Assembly: GCA_002633005.1 (NCBI GenBank)
Contig: NMRA01000304.1
Coordinates: forward strand, 467,077-531,076
Direction: 5' to 3'
Length of the DNA stretch: 64,000 bases
From: Phoronis australis
Lineage: Eukaryota; Animalia; Phoronida
Shown here piece after piece: positions 21,982 through 34,748 of this stretch. Under the pieces are notes generated by a model that did no database searches, had not been told where the DNA came from, and worked only from the letters and a program-made list of their open reading frames with translations. Position 1 is the stretch's first letter, and each line of letters starts with the position of its first letter. Both the position numbers and the translations under genes were made by a program.

Positions 21982-22722
21982 GATGGTGTCATTACAAGGG
22001 GGACATCTCATTTAATTAAGGCTACTTAAAGTTAAGGAGGACCTTATCCAGTACCCTATGTATTTTTCCAAATATCTGCAAAACTATAGATTTTAACACA
22101 GGAAAAGTATGTATTTCTAAATGTGCAAAGACTGAAGAATTTGATGTAAGACTTTGTAGCAGTCTACCATTAACTGGGTCGAGTGACCATTTATTTTGTA
22201 GGAAAAAATTTACATCAAGAGGAAAACAATGGTATCTGATGACCGAATTCATTGATAAAAATATCCATGATGAAATCTCAACACTAGTTTTCTAAACTAT
22301 CATTGTGTTCTCATTTTAATTAGTCAACTTTTGATTCTTTAAAATAGAAAATCTTAAATCCTATCTTTGATAGCTCCTGGTGCAAAAGTGCAATTGCTAA
22401 CAGCGTTTTGGAGAGCAGCTCATAATGCATGGTGTCTGAAGGATTTGCCATATATCCGATCAACCAATTTTGCGATGATGTTCCGAAATTTGCCACATTT
22501 GGACATTTTTCTAGGGTCCTGTATAAATTTATTAGAACATTTTTCTCTTTATGTAAAATTTTCCAGAAATCAAAGAAGTAAAAGCCAGCAGATTGCCGAC
22601 CTCCTCCACGATCAGATCGGCTCCATTACGACATCGATAACAGGTCATGCTCATTGAGAGCGGGTCATGACTCGTGCTTCCCTCGTTAGGGCTAACGTTT
22701 GGCATCATCTTTGATAGTAACA

Positions 22723-25700
22723 TCACCGGGGTAACGCTTTAGGGCTAGTGATACCATGTTTAACCCCCTTCCTCCATACAGCAACGGGGACTATCAGTTG
22801 ACTAACTTTCCGAACTTCTCCGTGACAATCCGGTAAGTCAACAGCTGATGGTTTTAAGCATAGCACGGTAATGTCAGCTTCCCGACCGACGCCCAAAGAT
22901 CCAATTTTTTCGGAAACACCGAAGGCTTTGGCCGGATTGCTTGTAGCTGTTTTGATGACTTCGTTTAACGGCATTCCCAGATGTAGCAACTTTGACATAA
23001 CTGTAGGAAGATCGTATGCGGGGCCATTGACATTACCGGTGTGAAGGTCTGAGCCCGCAAGATCACACCAGAAATTCTCTTTGGCGCACTGCTCGGCAAC
23101 AGCCCAGCTAAAGGAACCTTCTCCGTGCCCTACGTCAAAAAAGATTCCTCGTTTCTTAGCCTCTAGAACTTCAGGAAATAGTGAGCCTGATTGGGGATTG
23201 ATGATGGAACCATCGTTTCCGTGTAGCGCGTGAGTGTAAATGTCGCCTTGGCGCAGACTACCGGGGCACGACATCGATTGACCTGAAATAGAGTTAGTGG
23301 TTTATAATCTGTTTTGTGGGAAACTGACCGAAGTTGAGGTCGATATTAAGGTGACACAAACTTGTTACATTACATATACCGGTAATTGCATGACTACAGG
23401 CCAATGTCACGACGTAGCAAAATGACGAGAAAGATTGCCCTCCAATAAAATAACAGTTTGGTAAAATGCCAGGTAGACATTGGAAACAAAGGAGACTAAA
23501 AGAAGTTTCAAGTACAGTAAAATAAGGATGGCTAACAAAAGTGTAAGACTAGCACACGGGAGGCTTGGGTGAATAAGGTCCATTCATCCCAAGTCAAGTA
23601 CATATGCCATTTTACATGCACCCACGTATCTGCCGACAAGCGTTGATTTTTCAAACAAATGCCTAGGCCACCATGATTTGATTTTCTCCTAAATTTGGCA
23701 TTTTGTGCGTGTCAGTTGTACGAATTTTGTCAGCAGGGTCGTCTTCTGTGCCCGGCCCGAGCACAGCAGTGCATTGCGACCTCTGCCAACGCCGCGGCAA
23801 CTGCTCCATAGTAATGAAATAGGTAGGGGGTTACAACTAATCCAGTCTGCGATTACCAGTTAACACTAGAAACCTACTGTACGCAGTTTGGGACTTCCCC
23901 TGACAGTTCTCTAAAACTAAATTCTGTGTAAACCTCGTAAACCCTCTGCCAAATGTTGGAACACATTTTGAAAACTCCTGCTAAACTGACAAGCATGACC
24001 TACGCGACACTGAAAGGAAAGACCATGCCACCCATTTAGAAACATGGTACTTATTCTGTTGAACATTGGTTAGTGTCTTAGTTGATTCCTATTTTATCAG
24101 CGCCAGTTGAGACGCCAATGGTGCATTAACAGGGGACAGAAAGAGTGGTTGGAAGCACGAAAACAGGGTTTAACATCTTTTTAAGGAACAAAAATGTTTG
24201 GAAACCGTAATGCATACCTTTCAAAATGCAATGAAGGAAAGGGATATGACGCGCATTTGGCCTGAACTATGCATTCGGAAATGGAGTCCAGAGTAACAAT
24301 TAACAAGGGTGCGTCCCTTAGACCCGAGACACTAGCAAAGCACTTAAGACGAGAAATTTCTGCTTAAGCCTATGGAACAGCGAATTCTATCCCATAATTT
24401 AAAAAGGCTACTAAACCTTGTTTTGATGATTTCAACCAATCCCCGTTTTGTCACCAGCTAATGCATCATTGCCGTCAATCTTCCAAGTTAAATACAGGAA
24501 TCGGCTAAAACTCGCAATCCCTATGTCACAAACTGAACACTATGGTTCTTATAGTGAGTGGTCTTTTCCCACAGTTGCCGTGTAGGCCTAATTCGCTAAA
24601 AGCGTATCTCACGCTTGCCCGTGTTGCAGATCTTGAAAGGAGTTTTCAAATTTTGCTCCAAACATTTGAAGGTTACTCGACGGGAAAGTCTTTTTTAATA
24701 TCTGTCAATAGGCCAAAACTGGGTTTGGTATCCTTTTAACACTGCAAACTCACTGCCGCTAAGGGGTACCTTTCGCTGGTTCCCACGTGCCTATAGCCAG
24801 AGCGTGCTGGCTACCGACCACCTAGCGGCACGCAGGGAACCAGCGAGAGGGGTACCACCGAGGTACTAAGCTTCAGAGCATACTCTCTAAATACTTTCAC
24901 TCACGACGTTATTATAATCTAATTGCCTTTCCAAGAGTTTGTTTGGCGTGTACAGAACGCATTATATAAGCAATGCGTTACGTTATCATATCGAGCAAAT
25001 TGTCTTAACTTCAACTTTTCTTTATTTTGCCAACAACCCAAGTACGTACTCTCTATCCAATTTACCGGAATCGTTGAAAGCGTATGGTGAGTCATCAGTG
25101 GCAGCTGACACCGGGTGGCGACACTGAGCGCTCTCCTGAAAATACTCAGAACAATTAACGAAGCAACTCGTCGAGCACCGATAAAGGGAATATGTTGTAA
25201 TTCATCTTTGACAAAAACGCGCGTTACTTTCCCGATCTGTGACTGTGCTTTGGTCATTATTAAACAAGAGCAACGCGGAGCGTGGAAATGCGCCCACGAA
25301 TGCATCGCAAATGGTGTGTTTTTAGGGTTGTTTATTTGTGTCATAAAAATGGCCACTAGATGGCGCAAGAACCTACAATCCATCCGGAAACGGGAACATG
25401 TCATTGCTTCTGTCGCAGAATGTGTTATTGTGTTTTTGGTTCATTACTTGTTTAGTTTAGTCACCGTATTACATCACTTACTGTTGTTGTTTACTACCAC
25501 TTTCTCCGCATGCAGAAGATGAGTAATACTTCCTTTCCCAGAACTGTTTATCATCAGCATAGTGCATCCTTTATTTGTTCATTAATTTCATTGGTTAATT
25601 CGTGTTTCTCAGGTCTCTATATATATCACTTTCACCATATTTTAAGTAGTATCAGTAGCTTCAGTAGTATGAGTTGATTAGTAGTTTGTTCTCCGCATTG

Positions 25701-28700
25701 AGAGTTGTTCTCATCATTNTGATGGAACTATCGTTTCCGTGTAGCGCGTGAGTGTAAATGTCGCCTTGGCGCAGACTACCGGGGCACGACATCGATTGAC
25801 CTGAAATATAGAGTTAGTGGTTTATAATCTTGTTTGTGGGAAACTGACCGAAGTTGAGGTCGATGAGTAAGTTGACACAAACTTATTACATTACGTATAC
25901 CGGTAATTGCATGACTACAGGCCAATGTCACGACGTGGCAAAATGACGAGAAAGGATTGCCCTCCAACAAAATACAGTTTGATAAAATGCCAGGTAGACA
26001 GTGGAAACAAAGGAGATTAAAAAGAGGTTTCAAGTACAGTAGAATAAGGATGGCTAACAAAAGTGTAAGACTAGCACACGGGAGGCTTGGGTGATAAGGT
26101 CCATTCATCCCAAGTCAAGTACATGCCATTTTAATTAACCACATGCACCCACGTACTGATCTGCCGACAAGCGTTGATTTTTCAAACAAATGCCTAGGCC
26201 TCCATGATTTGATTTTTCTCCTAAATTTGGCATTTTGTGCATGTCAGTTGTGGTCTTCTGCGCCCGGCCCGGGCACAGCAGTGCACTGCGGCCTCAGCCA
26301 ACGCGGCAACTGCTCTATGGTAATGAAATAGGTAGGAGGTTACAACTAATTCAGTCTGCGATTACCAGTTAACACTGGCTAGAAACCTACTGTACGCAGT
26401 TTGGGACTTCCCCTGGCAGTTCTCTAAAACAAAATTCTGCCAAATGTTGGAACACATTTTGAAAACTCCTGCTAAACTGACAAGCATGACCTACGCGACA
26501 CTGAAAGGAAAGACCATGCCACCCATTTAGAAACATGGTATTTATTCTGTTGAACATTGGTTAGCGTCTTAGTCGATTCCTATTTTATCACCCAGGTGAG
26601 ACGCCAATGGTGCATTAACAGTGGACAGAAAGAGTGGTTGGAAGCACGAAAACAGGGTTTAACATCTTTTTAAGGAACAAAAATGTTTGGACACCGTAAT
26701 GCATACCTTTCAAAATGCAATGAAGGAAAGGGATATGACTCGCATTTGGCCTGAACCATGCATTCGGAAATGGAGTCCAGAGTAACAATTAACAAGGGTG
26801 CGTCCCTTAGACCCAAGACACTAGCAAAGCACTTAAGATGAGAAATTTCTGCTTACGCCTGTGGAACAGCGAATTCTATCCCATAAGTTAAAAAGGCTAC
26901 TAAACCTTGTTTTGATGATTTCAACCAATCCCCGTTTTGTCACCAGCTAATGCATCATTGCCGTCAATCTTCCAAGTTAAATGCAGGAATCGGCTAAAAC
27001 TCGCAATCCCTATGTCACAAACTGAACACTATGGTTCTTATAGTGAGTGGTCTTTTCCCACAGTTGCCGTGTAGGCCTAATTCGCTAAAAGCGTATTTCA
27101 CGCTTGCCCGTGTTGCAGATCTTGACAGGAGTTTTCAATTTTTGCTCCAAACATTTGAAGGTTACTGGACGGGAAAGTCTTTCTAAATAGCTGTCAATAG
27201 GCCAAAACTGGGTTTGGTATCCTTTTAACACTGCAACCTCACGGCCGCTAAGGGGTACCTTTCGCTGGTTCCCACGTACTTATAGCCAGAGCGTGCTGGC
27301 TACCGACCACCTAGCGGCACGCAGGGAACCAGCGAGAGGGGTACCACCGAGGTACTAAGCTTCCGAGCATACTCTCTAAACACTTTCACTCACGAGATAA
27401 TTATAATCTAATTGCCTTTCCAGGAGTTTGTTCTGTGTGTACAGAACGCACCCCTATATACGCCCATATATAAGCAAAAAACGTGTTTGCGTTACGTTAT
27501 CATATCGAGCAAATTGTCTTAACTTCGACTTTTCTTTATTTTGCCAACAACCCAAGTACGTACTCTCTATCCAATTTACCGGAATCGTTGAAAGCGTATG
27601 GTGAGTCATCAGTGGCAGCTGACACCGGGTGGCGACACTGAGCGCTCTCCTGAAAATATTCAGAACAATTAACGGCGCAACTCGTCAAGCACCGATAAAG
27701 CAAGGGAATATGTTGTAGTTCATCTTTGACAAAAACGCGCGTTACTTTCCCGATCTGCGACTGCGCCTTGGTCATTATTAAACAAGAGCAACGCGGAGCG
27801 TTGAAATGCGCCCACGAATGCATCGCAAATGGTGTGCTTAGTTTTAGGGTTGTTTATTTGTACCATAAAAATGGCCACTAGATGGCGCAAGAACCTACAA
27901 TCCATCCGGAAACGGGAACATGTCATTGCTTCTTTGATAGAAAGCTATACACCAAATTTCACAGAAATCCGTCACGGAACTTCAGAGAAACGAAGGAAAA
28001 GAGAATAAAATGAAATTACCACTAGGGGGCACACTGTTCATTGGATCCGCCTGAAAGTCGTCATTGTCTGTTGTTAGCTTCATTTAAATACATTTACAAA
28101 TTATATTTAATAAAGATCCTGCAGTACTGGAGGTTCAGGAGATACAGCTATGGGCATAAAACAAAACAAAACTACCCCTAGGAGACGCCACAGTAGTCAA
28201 AGTTGATATCGTGGCGCAAACTAGGTCGAATCCATCTGAAAACGGATAGATAGCATCACCTCACTAACAGAAGCCTGTACACCAAATTTTATGAAAATAC
28301 GTTGAGGACCCTTGAAGATACAGGGGTAAACGTAAAAAAACTAAAATTGCCACTAGGGGCACACCGGTAGTTGGATCCGTCCAAAACTTCGCTCATGTCG
28401 TCCGATCCATAAAAGGAACACGTGCAAAATTTCATGAACATACGTCAACCGGTTTTGGAGATAGAGCATCGGACGGAGGCGAACGGACGGAAGGACGGAC
28501 ACAGATGACCGTACGGCATAATGCGTCCACATATAAATATGTGGGCGCATAAAAATTGCCTATCACGAACTTCGGTGAAAGGCGAGGACTTTTTCACCCT
28601 CTACCAATCTTAGGACTCGATCCTACTGTAGTCTGGCGTTCCAGCCACCAGCACCCACTAGGGACTAGTATAAATCCAAAGTGTGTGTAAATACAGTAGC

Positions 28701-31700
28701 TTGGCCTCTTGTTGTCCATAAACACTCGGTCAAAACTACATATTAGGCATGTTGATTAGGATAAAGAAAATAGCAAATTATATTTATTGTCTGCGTTTTT
28801 GGATGCGGTACTTTCCTAGATATCCATACTCTAGCTCTAAAAGAAGGTCACCTGATGGCAGTCGAAATGGGTCGGGGTCATTTTTTTCTTTAAACAGTAA
28901 GGTGAAAGTTCAAAATCAGTGGGACAAAGAGTAATTAGAACCAACTGTGCTAAAATTTGACTTTACATTTCTAAATACCCCACGCATGTGCTTGCATAAT
29001 TTACATGTATGTACGCCATTTTCAAGTGCATACAACTGAGGCGCATCGGTTGGTGTTCCGCACGCCATCACTCAGATTGCCCGGGCATCTTATATGGACC
29101 TACGTGTAATTCAAATACCTGTATGCCTCTTCCTCAAACTGTCCGTCGTTCGTTACCCCAGTTGACAACCTTATTTTAATGCCTACTACCATGTCTCTGT
29201 TTTTCTCTACACAAGCCACGGCCCGCTTTTCGTCCAGTTGCTTGATACTGTCACATTCACCATAACCTGAACCGAATAAGAAGCACTTTTTACGAAGCCG
29301 TATGTATAAAAGCGAGTAAAAACTGCTGAGCCGTCAAAGAAACTAACTTTTGAGTTTGACCATTTACCCCTATGAAACTGATCTCAGTATGTTCCTAACT
29401 CAGATGATAACCGATTTCTGGTCTAGTTGCCGGAATTGAAGAAATGACACTTCGTAATTACTTAAGGTCACGCCGTGAAAAGCTAAGTGCTACTGGTCTC
29501 GAGTAATACCGAATAACCAGCGTTTCTCAAGCACAGAAATCATCTGTCTTGACGAAAAAATGAGTTGAAACCAATTTCATATCCGTATCCGGTCTAATCA
29601 AACGTTTTTAGGAAGTCACGCGGGCGGTTTTAATGCACTCAGGAACTTACGGTAGCTTAATTGAAACTGTAAACTACAGTATTTCTTTGTCCTTGTTTTA
29701 TACTAATTTTACCAAGAACAGTACGATCAGACCCAAATCGTGGGGCCCAGGTAAATGTATACTAAGCGCTGTTTAGGTAATATGACCACTATATTGGGGC
29801 ATCTCGTTTCAGTTGACGGGATAACATGTTCGCAACATTTTTCCACGCCTCACTGAAAAACACATATTTATCCACAGTCAAAAATTGAATCGTGAGATAA
29901 AGCAACACTTTGTTTTTCAATATTATACCAGGCTGGGAATGAAACTCTGTTTGGCTCATCAGCCGCTCCTCTTGTATTATATAACTTTGAAGTTGATCAT
30001 TTTCGTTTTTGAACCTCTCACGTAGTGCACAGCATAACTTTTAATTACAATTGACTCGCTGCCGCAGTATACTGATAAAACACATAATTTTTGTTTTGCA
30101 GTTTAATTTTAACCACACAGCAACATACCCATGTTGGAACATCCAGCCGCCGCCAGGCCATGGGCTGCAACATGGAGTAAGCACAGCACACGGGTCTTGG
30201 ACTGTTCAGCTATGAAATGCCTCAAGCCAGGAAACGTAGAAGCACCTGAGAATGCATAATAGGACATCACAACGAACATTAATTATAATGTTTTCCAGTT
30301 AAAACGTATCATACTAGCCTACTCTTTTTGACAATGAAAAGAAAATTTATACTTCAGAGTTATCGAGTCGGCCGACATAAAGAATTTTCTGTTTATACTT
30401 CGTAAAACGAATGTGAACAAGAGTCAAAATTTCTTCCCGATGATACGCATTCGATATGTACGGTAGCCCAAAGATGACATCGGGCTTTTCTTTTTTAATT
30501 ATCTCAGAATCTCGAGATCCCGACTTAATTATCTCGGGATTTCGAGAACCTGAGATAAGTAAAAAAGAAACGAGCGGGCGATGTTATCTTTGGTCTACCG
30601 TAAATATGACAATTTTTCGAAACAAATTCAACTCCACAATTCGTGAAGAATTTTATTCTTCAATAGAATTTCTGATCATGCACCAACGGTATTGGAAACC
30701 CTGATTGTTTGCCAGAGTTTTCTGCATCAGAGAAGCTCATGTTTAGGTACGCTCAGTAGGTGCATACTAAGAAATGTTTCCGTCGATACACCCTATTGTA
30801 TATTCTTCACTTCCAGCTATACGGATTCGCCCCGGGTTTGTCCACAGAAAAATCCGTATTAAGCCCGTATGCTTTTATCAAATGACATAGAGTCTATACC
30901 TACAATATTGCTCAACTGTTGTTCTTCACTTTTAGACAGAGGCGCAGTGGCTTGTCTTAATCGTCTTTTTGTTTTTCCCCATTGTCAACGTCTAACATTT
31001 TGTATCGGGTAGGTCAAATTTTTGCTTTTATTCTAACTCAAGGTATGTGCCTATTTTTGCCTGATAGAGTACATTATCATTCGGTTGATGTGGTGCTCGT
31101 TCCGTAGACGCAAGGCGGCACTCTAAAAATACACGATCACACAAATTTTCACGAAATATCGGCATGCATTACTAGCCATCGGCATCTGATCACAACTCAG
31201 CCAAGAGCATGCCGAACTCCTCGGGTATTTTCGTAACCAAAATTGAAACTATAAAAATACCCGAGGATCCACGGCTGCTTCGGAACATCCGGAAACCTCG
31301 GATATTTCCGTAGCTTCAAAATCGGAACACCAAGGATATTTTCGCAGCCTTAAATTTCCAATGAGAAATGCGCCATAGTAACCCTGAGTTAACAGTAGGC
31401 CTACACGACAAGGGACGAAGGTTTAGGTACAGTCGCGTACGGCGACTTTTGCTCGGAGACCTATTAGTGAAGTAAAGAGTGTAACTGTCCTATTTTTGAT
31501 AACCCCGCATAAACTGAACAATGTAACGACAGCGTTTTAGAGAATAATGAATAAAACGCAATGAGTTTCGTAAGAATGAATGTAATAAGTCATTTCTGAG
31601 ATATGATGTTCCAAAGATAACCAAGTTTGGACACTGCTTGAGCGTCTACCGAATGTACCTGCGCTTCCACAGTCAACAATGGTTGTAACACCTCTGCTTA

Positions 31701-31953
31701 GGCAATCTCGGTCTGGATTGATGCCCAGCGGTGTTGCGTATTCGTAGCAATGGACATGGGAGTCGATTAAACCCGGAGTCACAATGTATCCGTCTGCATC
31801 GAATACCTCTACAGCATGTGCTGGCGAAATCTCCCTCTCCACTGCGGTTATCACACCATCTTTAACAGCGATGTCCAGGATTTCATCAACATTGTTAGCT
31901 GGATCAATCACTCGCCCGTGTTTTAAAAGAATATCGCATGCCGAGCCCGCCAT
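22723..31953 (-). CDS. Metal-dependent amidohydrolase/deacetylase copy 1 (COG3964, Atu3266/EF0837-type, dihydroorotase-like), 401 aa. complement(join(22723..23282,27564..27649,29119..29266,30129..30245,31659..31953))
   Basis: Five GT-AG exons give a continuous frame. Motifs: GRVIDPAN, PGLIDSHVH (HxH), GVTTIVDCGSAG, GIKIR (carboxylated Lys position), LMTHH, GDIYTH, FDVGHGEGSF, GSDLH, SNPAKAFG, GREADI. A second near-identical copy of exon 4 lies at 25050..25135 (probable haplotype overlap). Confidence 0.92.
24765..24856. repeat. Small hairpin element (mini-MITE-like); second copy at about 27253-27344
   Basis: GGTACC..TCGCTGGTTCCC ... GGGAACCAGCGA..GGTACC with an inner TAGCCAG/CTGGCTA stem. Confidence 0.6.
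25411..25718 (+). mobile_element. Possible 5' part of an LTR, cut by the N at 25719
   Basis: Begins TGT exactly where the two duplicate copies diverge; TATATATA near 25618; absent from the other copy. Confidence 0.4.
27781..28555 (-). mobile_element. Helentron-associated (HINE/DINE-1-like) element in amidohydrolase copy 1 intron 3
   Basis: On the minus strand: TTTTTATGCGCCCAC subterminal IR with nearby inverted copy, (CCGT)n microsatellite, core repeats, then GTGGGCGCAT, stem-loop CAACGCTCCGCGTTG and CTCTTGTT end. Confidence 0.7.
30459..30602. mobile_element. 144-bp IS3EU-like MITE
   Basis: TIR TACGGTAG.CCAAAGAT.ACATCG; 6-bp flanks GATATG/AATATG. The paralogous intron has the empty site (single AATATG near 38758). 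Confidence 0.8.
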
Positions 31954-32418
31954 TGACTCGGGCTATACCGAATAGATTTCAGTGTACGGCGGTGCTCCGC
32001 GGCGAGATATTAGCTACTGTTGGCCTGCGTCCAGAACTACATACCGTGTTTGTCCTACACATACTCCGTAATCAATGATATCGTATGTGACCCCAACTAA
32101 TCTTGAGGGCCTAAACGGCAAAATGATGATTGTTGACTAAGACCCGGTTTTGTACGACCTACATTTCACAGCTGCTGTCGTAACATGGATTGTGGGAGTG
32201 GGCGTGCACCGGGAATCGTGCGCATCTTGGACTATCTATGGGGCGCATAGACTTGTCGCATCGACCGGGCTCGTGGGATTAGTCAGATACATCCTCGCTG
32301 GTTCCGTGCGTTTCTGATTGGCTGGTCGAATTGTCAACAAGTAGCGCTTTACGTAAACAAGCTGGCACGACTGATGGAGGAAGTGTAAATGTGAATACTA
32401 TAGTTTGTGGTCTGTTGT

Positions 32419-32708
32419 CAGTGGCGGATTTAGGGGGGGGGACCATTCCCCCCTAAAATTCTACCAGATACCATTTTGGAGTTCGATCGGGCGACTAGCA
32501 CGTGCGCGCAACCAGGGGGCTCGGGGGTGAATAAACAATGCATAGGCCCTGAACAAAGCCCCGTTTTTTTTAGTCAACAGGTCCACAAACCTCAAAAAGT
32601 CGAGACATCTGCATCCCCACATTGTAGGCTGGGGCGCGTGCATCTGCCGAAATTCTGGTTATTCCTGTGCCCTGCCCCCCCCCACTCAAAATCCTGGATC
32701 CGCCCCTG
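32419..32708. mobile_element. CAG...CTG MITE with 5-bp TSD (GTTGT)
   Basis: CAGTGGCGGATTTAGG ... CCTGGATCCGCCCCTG. Relatives at 38106-38275, about 41980-42130 and about 57183-57280. Confidence 0.75.
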
Positions 32709-33936
32709 GTTGTACAGACAAACCAATGCTTAATATTGGGATATGTTCAACATGTTCAAAAAATATGAATCGGAAAGTTGTGGTTGTGCCTTTTCGGAGT
32801 GTATTTTTCTACTGTCGCTGACTTTTGCTTACGTTGCGGCCCTGTATTCACACAGTATTTAGATATCACACCGGTTAAATCGGCCAGCGGCATATTAAAC
32901 ATTACTGCAGAAACGAAATATTTGCAGTAGTAGATAGAAAACTTGGTTTGCAAAGTTGTTGACAGAATTCGCCATTTTCTTTTTTTTGTTGTAAAATTAA
33001 CCAATGACTGCGGGGGTGATAAAACGTGTGCTGCTGAATGACACCTGCGTGTCTTCTAACCCCTAGTGGACACTCAGGGAACCAGTGAGTGATACTAGTG
33101 GAGTTGGCGTTGTTATTATGATGCCATCATATTGGAAAGTGTGACACAGGACAAAAATAGCGGAAAACACCGAGAATTTTACGGCTTCAGTCAGGAAATT
33201 GTAATGCGATTTGATTTTTTTGATATTTTTACTTGCACGGTTACTTGTACGTTTTTTATACTTATAAAGTGGCACGGAATGCGAAAACTTGTTAAAATAC
33301 CTTTTAAACAGATTTTGTTTGATCAACTTCTTGTCTGAGGATGCTTACGCGAGAATATTGCAAGAATTTTTTTTAAAAATCGTCAGATTCACTATTTTTG
33401 AAACACTGACGAAATAAAAACTTTCATCTGAATACAGTTTTCAAGTTATCCGCCTTTAATAAAATGTAAACGCCCATGCACTCAAAGTAGTCAGACTAGT
33501 TGCTGTTAGAAATCGCCATTGTTTGTTTTGTTTACATGAAAGGTCAAAGGTCACATTTTCCATATAAGGGAAATGTGCCACAATTATGCATAGAACAATT
33601 CCATGGTTTGTCTTGACACACTAAATTAGGGGAGGGTCTTTGCCATGTGAGAGAAAGTCGACGAAGTGACGAGCTGCTGACAGATCGTTTTCTTTTGAAA
33701 TTGGAAACTAAAGTTAAAAGTTTTTGACATCAACAAAAATTCAAAATCTTTACGAACAAACCGTGAAAATACCTGATGAACCGTTCGACTTCTGCAATTT
33801 AGTATGTTTTTCATGTTCTATATACCGCTTGAATGAAACTTGTTAAAAAAAAACAGTGCAGGTGGCCTGATGTCATTTGCGGTGCATCAGACGTGCGCAG
33901 ACCTCATGGTTGGGCCCATTGCACAAAACACCTGAG

Positions 33937-34191
33937 CTAAAGAACGAGAGCCCCATTATGGTTCTTCGTGAAGGAAGTTTTCAAGTCTGCCAGTCTCCAT
34001 GTAACAGTGCCATACAGTAGGTTGCTTCTTAGCTTATACAAAGTTGGGCAAGACTCTACCATGTATTTTGGAGATTCTACGTCAGTGCCATACTCGGGAC
34101 ACATTGGGCTCCCCACATGCCCAGTAATGTGTCTGTGTCGGGCTAGGTTACAGTGGCCCGTCAAAATTTGAATGACGTGTCTTATGCCCAA
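33937..34191 (-). mobile_element. 3' fragment of a non-LTR retrotransposon ORF2 (degenerate C-terminal zinc finger)
   Basis: ILTGHCNLARHRHITGHVGSPMCPEYGTDVESPKYMVESCP matches the LTGH..L..H...G...SP.C..CG...E...H....CP pattern of I/R1/LOA-type LINEs, with two ligands decayed to Tyr. Confidence 0.75.
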
Positions 34192-34748
34192 TGAAATTTG
34201 TTCATATTAGTTGTGATTTTGATTTGTTATAGAATTAAAGAAAATGCCAGTTTAAAGTTTGATGCGAGTTTTAATATTTGAAATTTTAGGACAATTACTT
34301 ATCATCACTTTGGAAAGTATTATGCCGACAATACTTTTCAGCACAAGTGGGTGTTTCATAAATATTTGGTAATTCAACTAATTAATTTTCGAAGTAATTT
34401 GCATAATCGCAATGCAGTATCCAAGTAATAAATTAGTATGAACAATGCTGTTGATAGTTGAGTGTTGAAAAAACGTCTGTTCAAGTTACATAACTGATAT
34501 ATTGTGATAAAGCAATAGACCAAAAGCTGGTGAATTTACAAGGGTGGTCATCTCGTTCATCTAATGTTCTTTAATAAAAGCTTCTTAATGGTACATGCAT
34601 TTTTTTCTCTTTGTGTAAAATTTGCCAGGAATTAAACTAGTAAAAGCGTGCAGATTGCCGACGCCCTTCACGATCGGATCGGCCCCATTGCGACACTACT
34701 AGCAGGTCATGCATGAGAAGTCATGACTTGTGCTTCGAAGGAAGATAA

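Noticed and set aside
25050-25135. Second copy of amidohydrolase exon 4 as a real tandem or alternative exon
   Set aside because: Identical coding sequence inside a near-identical 2.2-kb block bounded by an N; best explained as an uncollapsed haplotype.
31537-31658. C-terminal part of the 138-aa ORF (and 43372-43400 of the 107-aa ORF)
   Set aside because: Read-through into intron 1; the paralogs diverge right after the shared GT donor.
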